A stretch of 64,000 nucleotides of DNA from Bacteroidota bacterium (GTDB lineage Bacteria > Bacteroidota > Ignavibacteria > UBA10030 > UBA6906), in contig JAHBUR010000008.1 in NCBI GenBank assembly GCA_019637975.1, positions 77,169-141,168 of the forward strand, given 5' to 3'. How positions within the stretch are numbered: the first letter of the stretch is position 1; each line of letters starts with the position of its first letter. Position numbers and translations under genes: made by a program. This document shows positions 54,305-64,000 of this stretch, piece by piece. The notes beneath the pieces are model-generated. The model ran no database searches. It saw only the letters and a list, made by a program, of their open reading frames with translations, and was not told where the DNA came from.

Positions 54305-57300
54305 TCAGACGTTGGCGGGTTCGGTTTCAGGTGGACTTGCCACTTCTTTGAGCTCGTCGAGGATTAGTTCGGAATGAGCAAACGGATTGTTGTTTCCAGA
54401 TTGCGCAAACGAACATGTCAGAATAAGGCTCTTTCCGTTCTGTCGTATGGCAGCTCTTTTCTTCATTTTCTGAGCGATATGAGTCATCAGCAATTGAAAT
54501 CGATCCGATTCATAGAACGCCGATTCCGTTTCAGGCGGAAATTCGATGCTTAGCCCACCCTTTGAAATATTGACCTTGCGGAAGCCCAATTTTGAGGCTT
54601 TTAGCCTGATCCGAACCAGATTAAAGAGGTTTTCGACTTCATCGGGATGCTTGCCAAAGCGATCAACAAGTTCGGCAGCAATTTCGCGGAGAGTGTCGTT
54701 GTTCACAACAGCGTAGAGCCTTCGATAGATAACCAGCCGTTCATTGTCACTCTCAATGTACGAATCAGGAATTCTGACATCGAAGTCCGCCTCGACAACA
54801 GCCTGATTCTCTGCCTCAACCCGTGATTCAACCCGGCCGAACAGATCCTGGAACTCCTGCTCTTTCAACTCCGCCACCGCTTCTTCCAGAATCTTCGTGT
54901 ACATCTCGAATCCCATCGACTCAATGAACCCGCTTTGCTCGCCGCCGAGAAGATTTCCGGCTCCGCGAATTTCCAGGTCGCGCATCGCGAGATTGAATCC
55001 TGAACCGAGCTCGGTGAATTCTTCTACTGCCTGCAGCCTTCGAACAGTTTCGCGGGGCAACACGGATAGTGGCGGAATCAGAAGATACGCGTAGGCTTGC
55101 ACATTCGAACGGCCGACGCGCCCGCGCAGCTGGTAGAGTTCGGCCATTCCAAATCGATCCGCCCGGTTGATAATTATTGTGTTGACGCTCGGTATATCAA
55201 TGCCCGATTCGATAATCTTTGTTGCGACTAGGACATCGAATTTTCTCTCAAGGAATGCGAGCATTACGTTTTCCAGTTCGTGAGCGTGCATCTGGCCGTG
55301 TGCCTGCCGGAATTTTACGTGGGGCAAAATCGTCTGCAATCGCGCAATAAGTTCGTCCATATTGTTCACACGATCGTGAACAAAAAACACCTGACCTCCC
55401 CGCTGGATTTCCCTGAGAATCGCTTCGCGTACATGCTCTTCATTGTACTGGGCAATCTCCGTTGTGACCGGCAACCGATTCAACGGCGGCGTGGCAATAA
55501 TGGAAAGATCGCGTGCACCCATCAGTGAAAAATGCAGCGTGCGCGGAATCGGCGTTGCAGTCAACGTGAGAGTGTCGACATTTGCTTTGATTTGACGGAG
55601 TTTTTCCTTTGCGGCAACACCAAAGCGATGTTCCTCATCAATTATCAACAGTCCCAAATCCTTGAACTCAACATCCCTGGAAAGCAATCTGTGCGTTCCG
55701 ATCACGATATCCGCCGTACCGGCTTTCACGCGGTCGAGGATTTCTGTTTGTTCCTTTTTCGTCTTGAACCGGGAAAGAACTTCAACTCGCGTGGCATATT
55801 TTGAAAGACGGTCGAGAAACGTGCTGTAATGTTGTTGCGCAAGAATTGTGGTTGGAACCAGAACAACAACCTGCTTTCCGCTCATCACGGCTTTGAAAGC
55901 CGCACGCACAGCCACCTCTGTTTTGCCAAATCCGACATCCCCGCACACAAGGCGATCCATAGGAAACGGAGCTTCCATGTCCTTCTTGACGTCGGCTGTG
56001 GATTGAGCCTGATCCGGCGTATCTTCATACATGAATGTCGCTTCAAGTTCTTGCTGCCAGAGCGAGTCCCTCTGAAACGAAAAGCCGGGCGAGCTTTTCC
56101 TTTTTGCGTACAACTTTATAAGATCTCGAGCGATGTCTTTAACACGCTTCTTTGCGCGCGCCTTGAGGCGGTCCCACTCGCCGCTGCCGAGTCGCGTCAG
56201 TTTCGGGACATGTCCCTCCTTTGATGCATACTTCTGAACTTTGTTCAGGTAATTAAGATTGACGTACAACGTATCCTTCTCTTCGTAGAGAAGCTTCACG
56301 ACCTCCTGTTCAACATCGCGGACTCTTATTCTTCTCAATCCGTCAAAACGGCCGATGCCAAAGTCGGCATGAACAACATAATCGCCCTTGCGTAACTCGT
56401 GGAGTTCACGCTGTGTAATGCTTCTGAACTTTGTCCGCGGCTGCTTTCCCCTTCGCTTGAGTCGATTGAAGATTTGATGTTCCGTGAAAACAGCAACACG
56501 TTCATCCGGCAGAATGAATCCTCCGTGCAACGACTCAAGCGAAAACTCAATCCGGAAAACATCAAGATGATGCTCTGTCTCGTGAAGCACCCGTTCTTCA
56601 TTCTCGGCGAGGGGTTCAAGTTGCATTAGCAAGTCCTTCAGCCTTTCCTGCTCGGCTGTTGTGTCGCTAGAAACGAAGACGCTGTAGTCTTTGTCCTGCA
56701 AGTCGGAAATGTGATTGCGAAGCACTTTCACGCTTCCGTTAATCGAGGGTTGGGAGAGTGTTCCAAAATCAACTGCATCCAGGCCACTTCGGGCCAGCGA
56801 TGAGATATTGATTCGAGAGAACAACGCCATGAGTTCTTGAGTTTGCTCCCATGCCCGCTTTGTCTCTGCCCCAGCTTTTTCTGCATACTCTTTCATTGCG
56901 TTGTGCAGCGCGTCGGGCTCTTCAAGAACGATGATTGCATTCGATGGAAGGAAGTCGAGTAGTGTTGAACCCGAGCTGCCGTTCTCCGCTATCTGCGTGC
57001 CCAGCAAATCCGGAATAATACTCGCCTGGGAAAGGTCTTTGATGGATCGTTGTGAGATCGGATCGAATTCACGAATTGACTCCACCCTGTCGCCCCAGAA
57101 CTCGATCCGGACCGGATTCTCGCCAACAAACGGATAGACATCAAGGATGCCGCCCCGAACAGAGTAGTCTCCGTGCTCTGCAACAAATTGTTTCTTCTCA
57201 AAACCGAATTCTACGATCAGGTGAAGCAACCTTGAGAAATCGAAATCGCTGCCTACGCCGATCTTGATTTGCCTGTCTCGAAGAGAAGAAGGATTGGGTA

Positions 57301-57697
57301 ATTTCCTGGTAAGTGCATGTATTTGCGTAACGATAATGCGAGTTCCGGCGTCGAGCAAGGATCGAAGCGTCTCGATATCATTGGTGTTCGATATCGCACG
57401 GTCGTTCCCTTCTTCTCGGGATTTGGCGGCTGAAAACAAGCGGACAGATTGTTCACCCAATATAATTTCAAGATCATCTCTTAGTCCGATTGTTGTTTCT
57501 TTGTCTGGCACCACACAGAGTATCTGTCGTGGCAGAGTTTCCGCCAGGGAACCGACAAGGAACGAGCGCATCGAGCCCGCAAGCCCTGTAGCGTGAATTT
57601 CCGCTGGCGGCCCAGCAGACAGAAGGGCGAGCAGATCGCGGGTCTTACTACTGTCGGAGATTGTGGTTTTGATTTTCTCTATCATGGTGATTGCCAT
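54305..57697 (-). CDS. mfd: transcription-repair coupling factor
   Basis: UvrB-homology N-terminal region, RecG-like helicase motifs (GDVGFGKTEVA; DEEHRFGV; TATPIPRT), TRG motif, C-terminal D7 domain. Start ambiguous; candidates are 57736, 57697 and 57685. Confidence 0.9.
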   Translation of the reverse strand: MAITMIEKIKTTISDSSKTRDLLALLSAGPPAEIHATGLAGSMRSFLVGSLAETLPRQILCVVPDKETTIGLRDDLEIILGEQSVRLFSAAKSREEGNDRAISNTNDIETLRSLLDAGTRIIVTQIHALTRKLPNPSSLRDRQIKIGVGSDFDFSRLLHLIVEFGFEKKQFVAEHGDYSVRGGILDVYPFVGENPVRIEFWGDRVESIREFDPISQRSIKDLSQASIIPDLLGTQIAENGSSGSTLLDFLPSNAIIVLEEPDALHNAMKEYAEKAGAETKRAWEQTQELMALFSRINISSLARSGLDAVDFGTLSQPSINGSVKVLRNHISDLQDKDYSVFVSSDTTAEQERLKDLLMQLEPLAENEERVLHETEHHLDVFRIEFSLESLHGGFILPDERVAVFTEHQIFNRLKRRGKQPRTKFRSITQRELHELRKGDYVVHADFGIGRFDGLRRIRVRDVEQEVVKLLYEEKDTLYVNLNYLNKVQKYASKEGHVPKLTRLGSGEWDRLKARAKKRVKDIARDLIKLYAKRKSSPGFSFQRDSLWQQELEATFMYEDTPDQAQSTADVKKDMEAPFPMDRLVCGDVGFGKTEVAVRAAFKAVMSGKQVVVLVPTTILAQQHYSTFLDRLSKYATRVEVLSRFKTKKEQTEILDRVKAGTADIVIGTHRLLSRDVEFKDLGLLIIDEEHRFGVAAKEKLRQIKANVDTLTLTATPIPRTLHFSLMGARDLSIIATPPLNRLPVTTEIAQYNEEHVREAILREIQRGGQVFFVHDRVNNMDELIARLQTILPHVKFRQAHGQMHAHELENVMLAFLERKFDVLVATKIIESGIDIPSVNTIIINRADRFGMAELYQLRGRVGRSNVQAYAYLLIPPLSVLPRETVRRLQAVEEFTELGSGFNLAMRDLEIRGAGNLLGGEQSGFIESMGFEMYTKILEEAVAELKEQEFQDLFGRVESRVEAENQAVVEADFDVRIPDSYIESDNERLVIYRRLYAVVNNDTLREIAAELVDRFGKHPDEVENLFNLVRIRLKASKLGFRKVNISKGGLSIEFPPETESAFYESDRFQLLMTHIAQKMKKRAAIRQNGKSLILTCSFAQSGNNNPFAHSELILDELKEVASPPETEPANV

Positions 57698-57774
57698 AAA
57701 CGGCACAGCCCCGCCCGGCCTCTCTTGACTATTCATCAAGATGGCAAGCGAGGTGCCATGCACTCCGCATTTCC

Positions 57775-58695
57775 CTATTCTCGTCCTATCGCGACACGGA
57801 CGAAACCATTCGCTTGTTGAAGACACGCTTGTGCTTCGCTACGGGTCATTTTGTTCGCAATCATGACAACGGCTGTCTTCACCTGCCCTCCGGCCTTCTC
57901 CAAATAGGATGAAGCAACCTCGTAGTCCACTTCCGTGATCATCATGATGATGCGCTTTGCCCGTTCTACCAGCTTGTTGTTCGTGAGCTGGAGATCAACC
58001 ATCATGTTCTCGTAAACCTTCCCGAGTTTAATCATCGACGCTGTTGTCAGCATATTGAGCACAAGTTTCTGTGCAGTCCCCGACTTCATCCGGGTTGAAC
58101 CCATCAGTACTTCAGGTCCGACCTCGGGACAAATTGCGATATCAACATCAAGATCGAACGATGCCCGGGGATTCGTTGTGATGTAGATTGTCTTTGCGCC
58201 AAGTTCCCTCGCGCGTCCGACTGCCGCTACAACGTACGGTGTTCTTCTGCTTGCGGCAATTCCGCACACAACGTCGTGCGGTGTTACGTTCGCGGTGTCG
58301 ATATCGCGAATACCACGTTCCTTGTTATCTTCTGCCCCTTCCTGTGATCTGATCATTGCCGGGTTTCCGCCTGCAATGTGTCCGCTGACCATTCCCGGCG
58401 GTGTTCCGAATGTTGGAGGACATTCCGAGGCATCGATCACTCCTAAGCGACCGCTAGTTCCCGCACCAAAGTAAAGAAGGCGACCATCATTACGGAAACT
58501 CTCCACGACAATCTCAACGGCTCGCGTGATGTAAGGAATTTCTTTCTCGACTGCCAACGCAACAAGTTTGTCCTCGCTGTTGATAAGCCTGAGAATCGAG
58601 TCCGTTGAGAGCAGGTCGATGTACTGCGAACGAGAATTTCGCTGCTCCGTGAGCAAGCCGGCAAAGTCCTCGAGGGTATGATCGGTCGGGGTCAT
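57775..58695 (-). CDS. murQ: N-acetylmuramic acid 6-phosphate etherase
   Basis: SIS domain and MurQ motifs (GRLLYFGAGTSGRLGVIDASECPPTFG; LTGSTRMKSGTAQK). Confidence 0.85.
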   Translation of the reverse strand: MTPTDHTLEDFAGLLTEQRNSRSQYIDLLSTDSILRLINSEDKLVALAVEKEIPYITRAVEIVVESFRNDGRLLYFGAGTSGRLGVIDASECPPTFGTPPGMVSGHIAGGNPAMIRSQEGAEDNKERGIRDIDTANVTPHDVVCGIAASRRTPYVVAAVGRARELGAKTIYITTNPRASFDLDVDIAICPEVGPEVLMGSTRMKSGTAQKLVLNMLTTASMIKLGKVYENMMVDLQLTNNKLVERAKRIIMMITEVDYEVASSYLEKAGGQVKTAVVMIANKMTRSEAQACLQQANGFVRVAIGRE

Positions 58696-58714
58696 GCAAT
58701 AGCGGACATAATGA

Positions 58715-59440
58715 TCACATTTGAACTATTACGAGCTTTTTGTCATACAGACCAATCCCGTCATTTCCATTGAAGACAAGGTCAATTACAGTGATTTCTT
58801 TCTCACGTGTCATTAACTTGGCTTTCTTAATCTCGAGATCAAGGTCGCCGCCCTTAAGAGCAAGCAAGGCTCGGTTACGAAAGTCCGCCTTTCCTACAAC
58901 GCCATGTGAGGCCGATTGCTTTCGGGTCAGCAATGGCTTTGACCACCTGATTAGGTCGGTAAGAGAAGCTACAGCCCGCGAAACAACAACATCGAATGGC
59001 TTGGATTTTTTGATGAAGACCGGGTCCTCCGCTCTCCCGGTTTCGACCAAAACATTACGGAGGCCAAGAGTTGAAACAATCTGCTGAACGGCGTTCGTCT
59101 TCTTCGCAATCGAATCAAGCAACGTGAAACTTGCGTCGGGCATCAAAATGGAAAGGGGCACCCCCGGTAGACCACCGCCCGTGCCGAGGTCTAGAACACG
59201 TTGGCCAGGCGAGAAAGAAGTACAGAAAAGTATCGAAATCGAGTGCAGAATGTGACTAAACCAGATGTTTGTCGTGTCGTTCCTTGAAATGAGATTGACC
59301 CCTTTGTTGCAGTCGAGTATTAGGTCAACGTAATGTGCCAGCATACGCAGACTATCATCACTTACAATAAGACCGTTTTCCCTACAGATTCTAGCCATTC
59401 GGAGTGCTGGCTCTGTGATACGTTGAGTATCGCGTTTCAC
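58715..59440 (-). CDS. rsmG: 16S rRNA (guanine527-N7)-methyltransferase
   Basis: GidB family SAM motif VLDLGTGGGLPGVPLSI. Confidence 0.9.
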   Translation of the reverse strand: MKRDTQRITEPALRMARICRENGLIVSDDSLRMLAHYVDLILDCNKGVNLISRNDTTNIWFSHILHSISILFCTSFSPGQRVLDLGTGGGLPGVPLSILMPDASFTLLDSIAKKTNAVQQIVSTLGLRNVLVETGRAEDPVFIKKSKPFDVVVSRAVASLTDLIRWSKPLLTRKQSASHGVVGKADFRNRALLALKGGDLDLEIKKAKLMTREKEITVIDLVFNGNDGIGLYDKKLVIVQM

Positions 59441-59446
59441 GTGGAA

Positions 59447-61324
59447 TCAGCTCCGGAGGTGAATCATAAGGACAGAGATATCAGCAGACGTCACTCCGCT
59501 AATTCTTGATGCTTGACCGAGAGATCTGGGCTTTATATTCGCAAGCCTCTCCCTCCCCTCCTTACTTATCGATTTGACACTGTCAAACACAAAATCATGT
59601 GGAATAACAATGCTCTCGCTCTTTTTGAAATTCTCGATCTGTTCTTCCTGCCGCTTCAAATACCCTTCGTACTTGACTTCAATCTCAACCCGATCCCTTG
59701 CATCGCGGTCCACCAAGAGTGCAAACATTGCCTCGTTTTGCCTGATGCTCTCAACCGACAAGAGGTCGGAGATTGAGATCTCCGGTCTCTTGAGAAGTTT
59801 CCCCAGCGTCTCGTTCTCAATGATACTTTGGCTTCCGGTCCGATCGAGCATAGGATTCGCTACTGACGGCCGAATCGACTGAAAACCGAGAAACTCCTTC
59901 GCCCTTTGAATTCTCCCTTCTTTCTCACTTAGTCTCTTGATTGAATCATTCGAAACAAGACCCAGTTGATGGCCTATGTACATGAGTCGAGAGTCAGCAT
60001 TGTCCTGTCTCAGCAGGAGCCGGTATTCTGCACGCGATGTGAATATGCGGTATGGCTCATCTGTGCCCTTGTTGATTAGGTCGTCAATCAAGACTCCTAT
60101 GTAGGCTTCATTTCTTTTGAGAATGAACGGGGATTGCTCTTTTACAGCAAGTGCTGAATTGATTCCGGCGATGAGGCCTTGAGCCGCTGCCTCCTCGTAG
60201 CCACTTGTGCCGTTTACCTGACCGGCGAAATAAAGCCCCTCGACGAACTTCGACTTGAGAGTGTGCTCAAGTTGATGCGGCGGGAAGTAGTCGTATTCAA
60301 CGGCGTATCCCGGCCGTAACACTCTCACGTTCCTTAGTCCCGGAATTGTCCTGATTGCTTTGCTTTGGATTTTCTCGGGCAAGCTCGTCGAGAAGCCGTT
60401 GACATAGACAATTTGTGACTCGTACCCTTCCGGTTCCAGAAATATCTGATGGCGCTCTCTATCAGAGAATCTGTGGAGCTTATCTTCAATTGATGGACAA
60501 TATCTTGGTCCAACACCCTTAATCCTACCCGTGAACATAGGAGAGTCATCAAATCCTTCCTGAAGAATTGAGTGGGTCTCGCGGTTCGTATGGGTCAGAA
60601 ACATCGGAATTTGAGCATTCCTTATTTCCTTTGTCTGGAAAGAAAAAGGAACAGGGTTTGTGTCGCCTTCCTGTTGCTCTGTTTCGCTGTAATCGATAGA
60701 GCGTCTATCTACTCTCGGTGGTGTTCCTGTCTTCAACCTTCCCATCTTTAGACCGAGCGAAGCCAGTTTGTCCGACAACCCGGATGAGGCCGGCTCTTCA
60801 TATCTTCCTCCTACAGAGGTATGCCGGCCTGTATGCATTATCGCGTTCAGAAAGGTACCCGTACAAAACACAACTGCCCTGCAAGCAATCCTCAAGCCGC
60901 GACCTGTAACAATTGCGGTCAGCCTCCTATTTTCAACACGAATGTCAACAATCGTATCTCGCAGGGTTGTTAGGTTTTCCTGGCACAGTATTCTCCGCGC
61001 CGCCTCGCGACTGTACCACTCCCTATCGCTCTGGCACCTTGGGGACCAGATTGCGGGCCCCTTTGATTTGTTTAGCATCCGAAAGTGAATTCCGGTTGCA
61101 TCGGCAATCTTACCCATCTCGCCTCCCAGAGCATCGACCTCGCGAACCAGATGACCCTTTGCAGAGCCCCCTATTGCCGGATTGCACGACATTCTGCCTA
61201 TCGATGATAGATCCATTGTAATCAAAGCCGTGTTGCAGCCCATCCTTGCAGATGCAAGGGACGCCTCGATCCCTGCGTGTCCACCACCAACAACTACAAC
61301 ATCATATTTCGTGTGAATTTTCAA
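59447..61324 (-). CDS. mnmG: tRNA uridine 5-carboxymethylaminomethyl modification enzyme
   Basis: FAD motif YDVVVVGGGHAGIEASLASARMG and GidA-family blocks along 625 aa. Confidence 0.95.
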   Translation of the reverse strand: MKIHTKYDVVVVGGGHAGIEASLASARMGCNTALITMDLSSIGRMSCNPAIGGSAKGHLVREVDALGGEMGKIADATGIHFRMLNKSKGPAIWSPRCQSDREWYSREAARRILCQENLTTLRDTIVDIRVENRRLTAIVTGRGLRIACRAVVFCTGTFLNAIMHTGRHTSVGGRYEEPASSGLSDKLASLGLKMGRLKTGTPPRVDRRSIDYSETEQQEGDTNPVPFSFQTKEIRNAQIPMFLTHTNRETHSILQEGFDDSPMFTGRIKGVGPRYCPSIEDKLHRFSDRERHQIFLEPEGYESQIVYVNGFSTSLPEKIQSKAIRTIPGLRNVRVLRPGYAVEYDYFPPHQLEHTLKSKFVEGLYFAGQVNGTSGYEEAAAQGLIAGINSALAVKEQSPFILKRNEAYIGVLIDDLINKGTDEPYRIFTSRAEYRLLLRQDNADSRLMYIGHQLGLVSNDSIKRLSEKEGRIQRAKEFLGFQSIRPSVANPMLDRTGSQSIIENETLGKLLKRPEISISDLLSVESIRQNEAMFALLVDRDARDRVEIEVKYEGYLKRQEEQIENFKKSESIVIPHDFVFDSVKSISKEGRERLANIKPRSLGQASRISGVTSADISVLMIHLRS

Positions 61325-61345
61325 TTCGTTTCACGTGAAATGGAG

Positions 61346-62794
61346 CTATTTACCAATGCAAAATTTGCCAAAGATGTTGTTCAGTAGCGTATCTGTGGAG
61401 ATTTCTCCGACTATTTCGGCTAGCGCGTCGATTGCTCTCCTTATATCCAAAGCTGCAAATTCTGCTGAGATACCTTTCTCAACTGCGTTGGAAGCGGAAT
61501 TGAGAGCATCCGATGCCCTGCTTAACGAATCCCTGTGCCGAACGTTCATGGGCTGCAAACCGTTTACTTCCAGACCATCGCTGCCGACCATACCTACCAA
61601 CTTTTGCCGAAGTACATTAATTCCGAGGCCCGTTTTGGCAGAGACCAGAACTTCGTCAACGCGTGAAGCCATTATGCTAAATGAACTTGTCTCTATTCGC
61701 TCTGGCTCGCACAAATCGATCTTGTTGTACACTATCAGGACTCTGTCGGGACACTCGGTTTCTTTAAGAAATGCCACTGCATCCTCTCTATTTGGCTCCA
61801 ACGAGGCGTCGACAGCCAACAACACTACATCGGCCGTTTTGAGTGCAGACCTCGCCCTCGCAACCCCCTCGATCTCAACAGGATCGCTGGTGTTTCTCAA
61901 TCCGGCTGTGTCATGCAGACGGACCATTATGCCGTCAATCAAGATATTCTCCTCTAATGAGTCTCTAGTTGTACCGGGAATGTCGGTTACTATTGCTCTA
62001 CGTTCCGCTAACAGAGCGTTGAAGAGGCTCGACTTTCCCGCATTGGGCTTGCCAATTATAACCACCGAAAGCCCTTCCCTATAGACCTTGCCCGTTCTGT
62101 AGGAGTCTATCATCCGTTGAAGCTCATTCTGTAGAAGGCCAATTCGACTCAGCACTTCTTCGCGGGGTATAAGGGCAATGCCCTCCTCACTGAAGTCCAG
62201 TTCCAACTCCAACAGCGAGCAAACGTCCAAGATTCTACTTCTGATATCCGCTATCTTCTGTGAGAACTTCCCATCGAGGTGATTCAGGGATAGTTTCCGC
62301 GACGCTTCGCTTCGGGCGGAAATGAGACCGGCAACGGCTTCTGCCTGTGACAAGTCAATTCTCCCGTTAAGGAAAGCCCGCTTTGTAAATTCGCCCGGTT
62401 CTGCCTGCCGTACTCCGGAAGAGATAATGGTATCCAGAACTAATTGGGAAATGTAGATTCCGCCGTGACAACTGATCTCAACAGAATCCTCGCCGGTGTA
62501 TGAGTGCGGATTCCTGAAAACCGTTGCAACAATCTCGTCAATGTAGTCACCATCGAGATTCACAAGTCTGCCGTAATGCGCTGTATATCCGGCAGCTTCG
62601 CTGAGACTTGACATTCCGCGGAAGAGGGCATTTATTGCCGCTATTGCGTTTGCTCCAGACACACGTATAACTGCAAGCGCCCCCTCGCCAAGAGGTGTTG
62701 CCCTCGCAACGATTGTGTCATCATGAAAAACCCTGACCACTTCGGCCCTTCTGTGATAAGCGTACTCGGTGATGCTGAACTTAAGAATTTCCAT
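61346..62794 (-). CDS. mnmE: tRNA modification GTPase
   Basis: N-terminal THF-binding domain (IVARATPLGEGALAVIRVSG), G-domain (GKPNAGKSSLFNAL; DTAGLR; NKID), C-terminal CIGK. The true start may be a GTG slightly downstream, near VVRVFHDD. Confidence 0.9.
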   Translation of the reverse strand: MEILKFSITEYAYHRRAEVVRVFHDDTIVARATPLGEGALAVIRVSGANAIAAINALFRGMSSLSEAAGYTAHYGRLVNLDGDYIDEIVATVFRNPHSYTGEDSVEISCHGGIYISQLVLDTIISSGVRQAEPGEFTKRAFLNGRIDLSQAEAVAGLISARSEASRKLSLNHLDGKFSQKIADIRSRILDVCSLLELELDFSEEGIALIPREEVLSRIGLLQNELQRMIDSYRTGKVYREGLSVVIIGKPNAGKSSLFNALLAERRAIVTDIPGTTRDSLEENILIDGIMVRLHDTAGLRNTSDPVEIEGVARARSALKTADVVLLAVDASLEPNREDAVAFLKETECPDRVLIVYNKIDLCEPERIETSSFSIMASRVDEVLVSAKTGLGINVLRQKLVGMVGSDGLEVNGLQPMNVRHRDSLSRASDALNSASNAVEKGISAEFAALDIRRAIDALAEIVGEISTDTLLNNIFGKFCIGK

Positions 62795-62809
62795 TCTGAC
62801 TATCAATCA

Positions 62810-62851
62810 AACGATCAAAACAACAAAGGCTCACTGCATGCAATGAGCCTT
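62810..62851 (-). terminator. rho-independent terminator/attenuator between yidC and mnmE
   Basis: Perfect 9-bp stem AAAGGCTCA/TGAGCCTTT with a palindromic 10-nt loop. On the minus strand it is followed by the T-rich TTGTTGTTTTG. Confidence 0.55.
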
Positions 62852-62878
62852 TGGGTTACCATCTGAAAAGTCGTAGGT

Positions 62879-64000
62879 CTAACGCTTCTTGATATCAGGC
62901 ATGTTCTTCGCGAGCCTCGCTATAATTCCGCTTTGCGCTTTTTTGGGGTCAACTTTCTTGAGCGGTTCATCGCCATGCTGTTTGTTTATCCAAAACTGTT
63001 GACCGATCGATAACAGGTTGAACACAAAGTAATACAGGTTTAGGCCGGAAGGAAGACTGTTGAAGATGAGCATCATCATGATGGGCATGAGCCACACCAT
63101 TGCCTTCTGTCTCGGATCCGTTACAGTTTGCTTCTGCTGAATGAACATTGTGATACACATTGCCAGGGCAACGCCGCTAATCTGGCTCATTCCAAACAAG
63201 GGAACAGTGAAGGGAAGGTGGACGATCGAGTCGGGAATGGAAAGATCCTGAATCCACCAGACAAAGGGAGATTGGCGAAGTTGAATCGTGGAACTGAACA
63301 CATTGTAGAGCGCGAACAGAATAGGCATCTGGAGCAAGATTGGCAAGCAACCACCCGCCGGGTTGACACCATACTCCTTGTAGAGATTCATTATGGATTT
63401 GTTCATCTGCTCGGGATTGTCCTTGTATTTCTCGCGCAGCTCGGTCATCATCGGTTGGAGTTGCTGCATTCGCTTCATGGACTTCATGCTTGTTCTCGTA
63501 AGCGGGTGCAACACAATCTTGATGATGATGGAAAAAACGATGATGACAACCCCCCAATTGGAGATAAAGATATGAAGGAAATTGAACAGGGGTATTAACG
63601 CGTACTCGGTTATCTGTCGAATGACCACGGGGCCGAGGCTCATGATCCGGTCGAGCTCCCGGTCCATCGATTTTATCAAAGAGAAATCAAGCGGTCCGAG
63701 AAAGAGGGTGATTTTTGAGGCTTCGTTACTTGTTCCCTTGAACGGCATTTTCAGAGCAAGACTGTAGTTTTCCTTCTCACCCCTATCGGGCTGCAGCTCT
63801 TTGCTTCCCTCAATGAAGGCTCCCTGGCTTGTTCCGCGGTCGGGAAACATTGCCAGGGCAAAGTACTTGTTCCGTGCAGCTACCCAGTCGGTTACCCCCG
63901 TGATGTCCTTTTTGACCGTCTCAGACTCGCTGGTTGCATCAATCTCGGCTAGCTCGCCGCCCGACATCGCATACGCATGGGCCGAGTGGGATTCATCAAT
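62879..64000 (-). CDS. yidC: membrane protein insertase YidC (N-terminal part lies beyond the window end)
   Basis: The frame is open to the window edge. Conserved C-terminal 5-TM core (LPILLQMPILFALY; RQKAMVWLMPIMMMLIF) and a basic C-terminal tail. Confidence 0.9.
   Translation of the reverse strand: MDESHSAHAYAMSGGELAEIDATSESETVKKDITGVTDWVAARNKYFALAMFPDRGTSQGAFIEGSKELQPDRGEKENYSLALKMPFKGTSNEASKITLFLGPLDFSLIKSMDRELDRIMSLGPVVIRQITEYALIPLFNFLHIFISNWGVVIIVFSIIIKIVLHPLTRTSMKSMKRMQQLQPMMTELREKYKDNPEQMNKSIMNLYKEYGVNPAGGCLPILLQMPILFALYNVFSSTIQLRQSPFVWWIQDLSIPDSIVHLPFTVPLFGMSQISGVALAMCITMFIQQKQTVTDPRQKAMVWLMPIMMMLIFNSLPSGLNLYYFVFNLLSIGQQFWINKQHGDEPLKKVDPKKAQSGIIARLAKNMPDIKKR

Noticed and set aside
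1-64000. Search for CRISPR arrays, IS elements, integrases, rRNA/tRNA genes
   Set aside because: No spaced direct repeats, transposase/integrase-like ORFs or structured RNA genes were recognised anywhere in the window. The only compositionally odd segment is the 13.6-14.2 kb low-GC patch, which is reported as a finding.

Overview
This is a gene-dense bacterial chromosomal window of roughly 55-57% GC, with Shine-Dalgarno sites and sigma70-like promoters visible. It contains no rRNA, tRNA, CRISPR array or recognisable mobile element.

Layout, 5' to 3':
- A 5'-truncated P1B-type heavy-metal ATPase.
- A SnoaL-like lipoprotein.
- A convergent OmpR-type two-component system.
- A plus-strand cluster: tandem-PDZ periplasmic protein, NEW3/CARDB-like membrane-anchored exported protein, ABC ATPase, and two paralogous ABC-2 permeases.
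- A run of housekeeping and accessory plus-strand genes: alpha/beta hydrolase, AEC transporter, BtuF-like binding protein, deoxynucleoside kinase, a low-GC hypothetical ORF, a small membrane protein, a class III adenylate cyclase fused to a YHS domain, a VOC-family protein and a DUF1801 protein.
- A minus-strand block: rnhA, tauE, ctpA, tmk.
- A divergent ECF sigma factor followed by a DUF4097-like exported protein, convergent with a large TPR/CHAT lipoprotein.
- Minus-strand thrC and a beta-propeller lipoprotein.
- A divergent alpha/beta hydrolase and GT4 glycosyltransferase pair.
- A plus-strand block: M23 peptidase, bactofilin, then an F-type ATP synthase operon atpZ-atpI-atpBEFHAG with no atpD or atpC, ending in a bidirectional terminator.
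- A 27.5 kb unidirectional minus-strand block: yidC (partial), mnmE, mnmG, rsmG, murQ, mfd, then the complete dcw cluster mraZ-rsmH-ftsL-ftsI-murE-murF-mraY-murD-ftsW-murG-[hypothetical]-murC-murB'-ftsQ-ftsA-ftsZ. An MraZ operator and promoter sit upstream of mraZ.

The most unusual items are:
- an internally deleted murB in the dcw cluster;
- an extra membrane gene between murG and murC;
- PASTA domains on FtsI;
- a CHAT domain with its catalytic Cys replaced;
- the PDZ/NEW3/ABC-2 operon;
- the adenylate cyclase-YHS fusion;
- a low-GC ORF with a PD-(D/E)XK nuclease motif.

All coordinates rest on the ORF track plus codon arithmetic, and start-codon choices are the least certain element.
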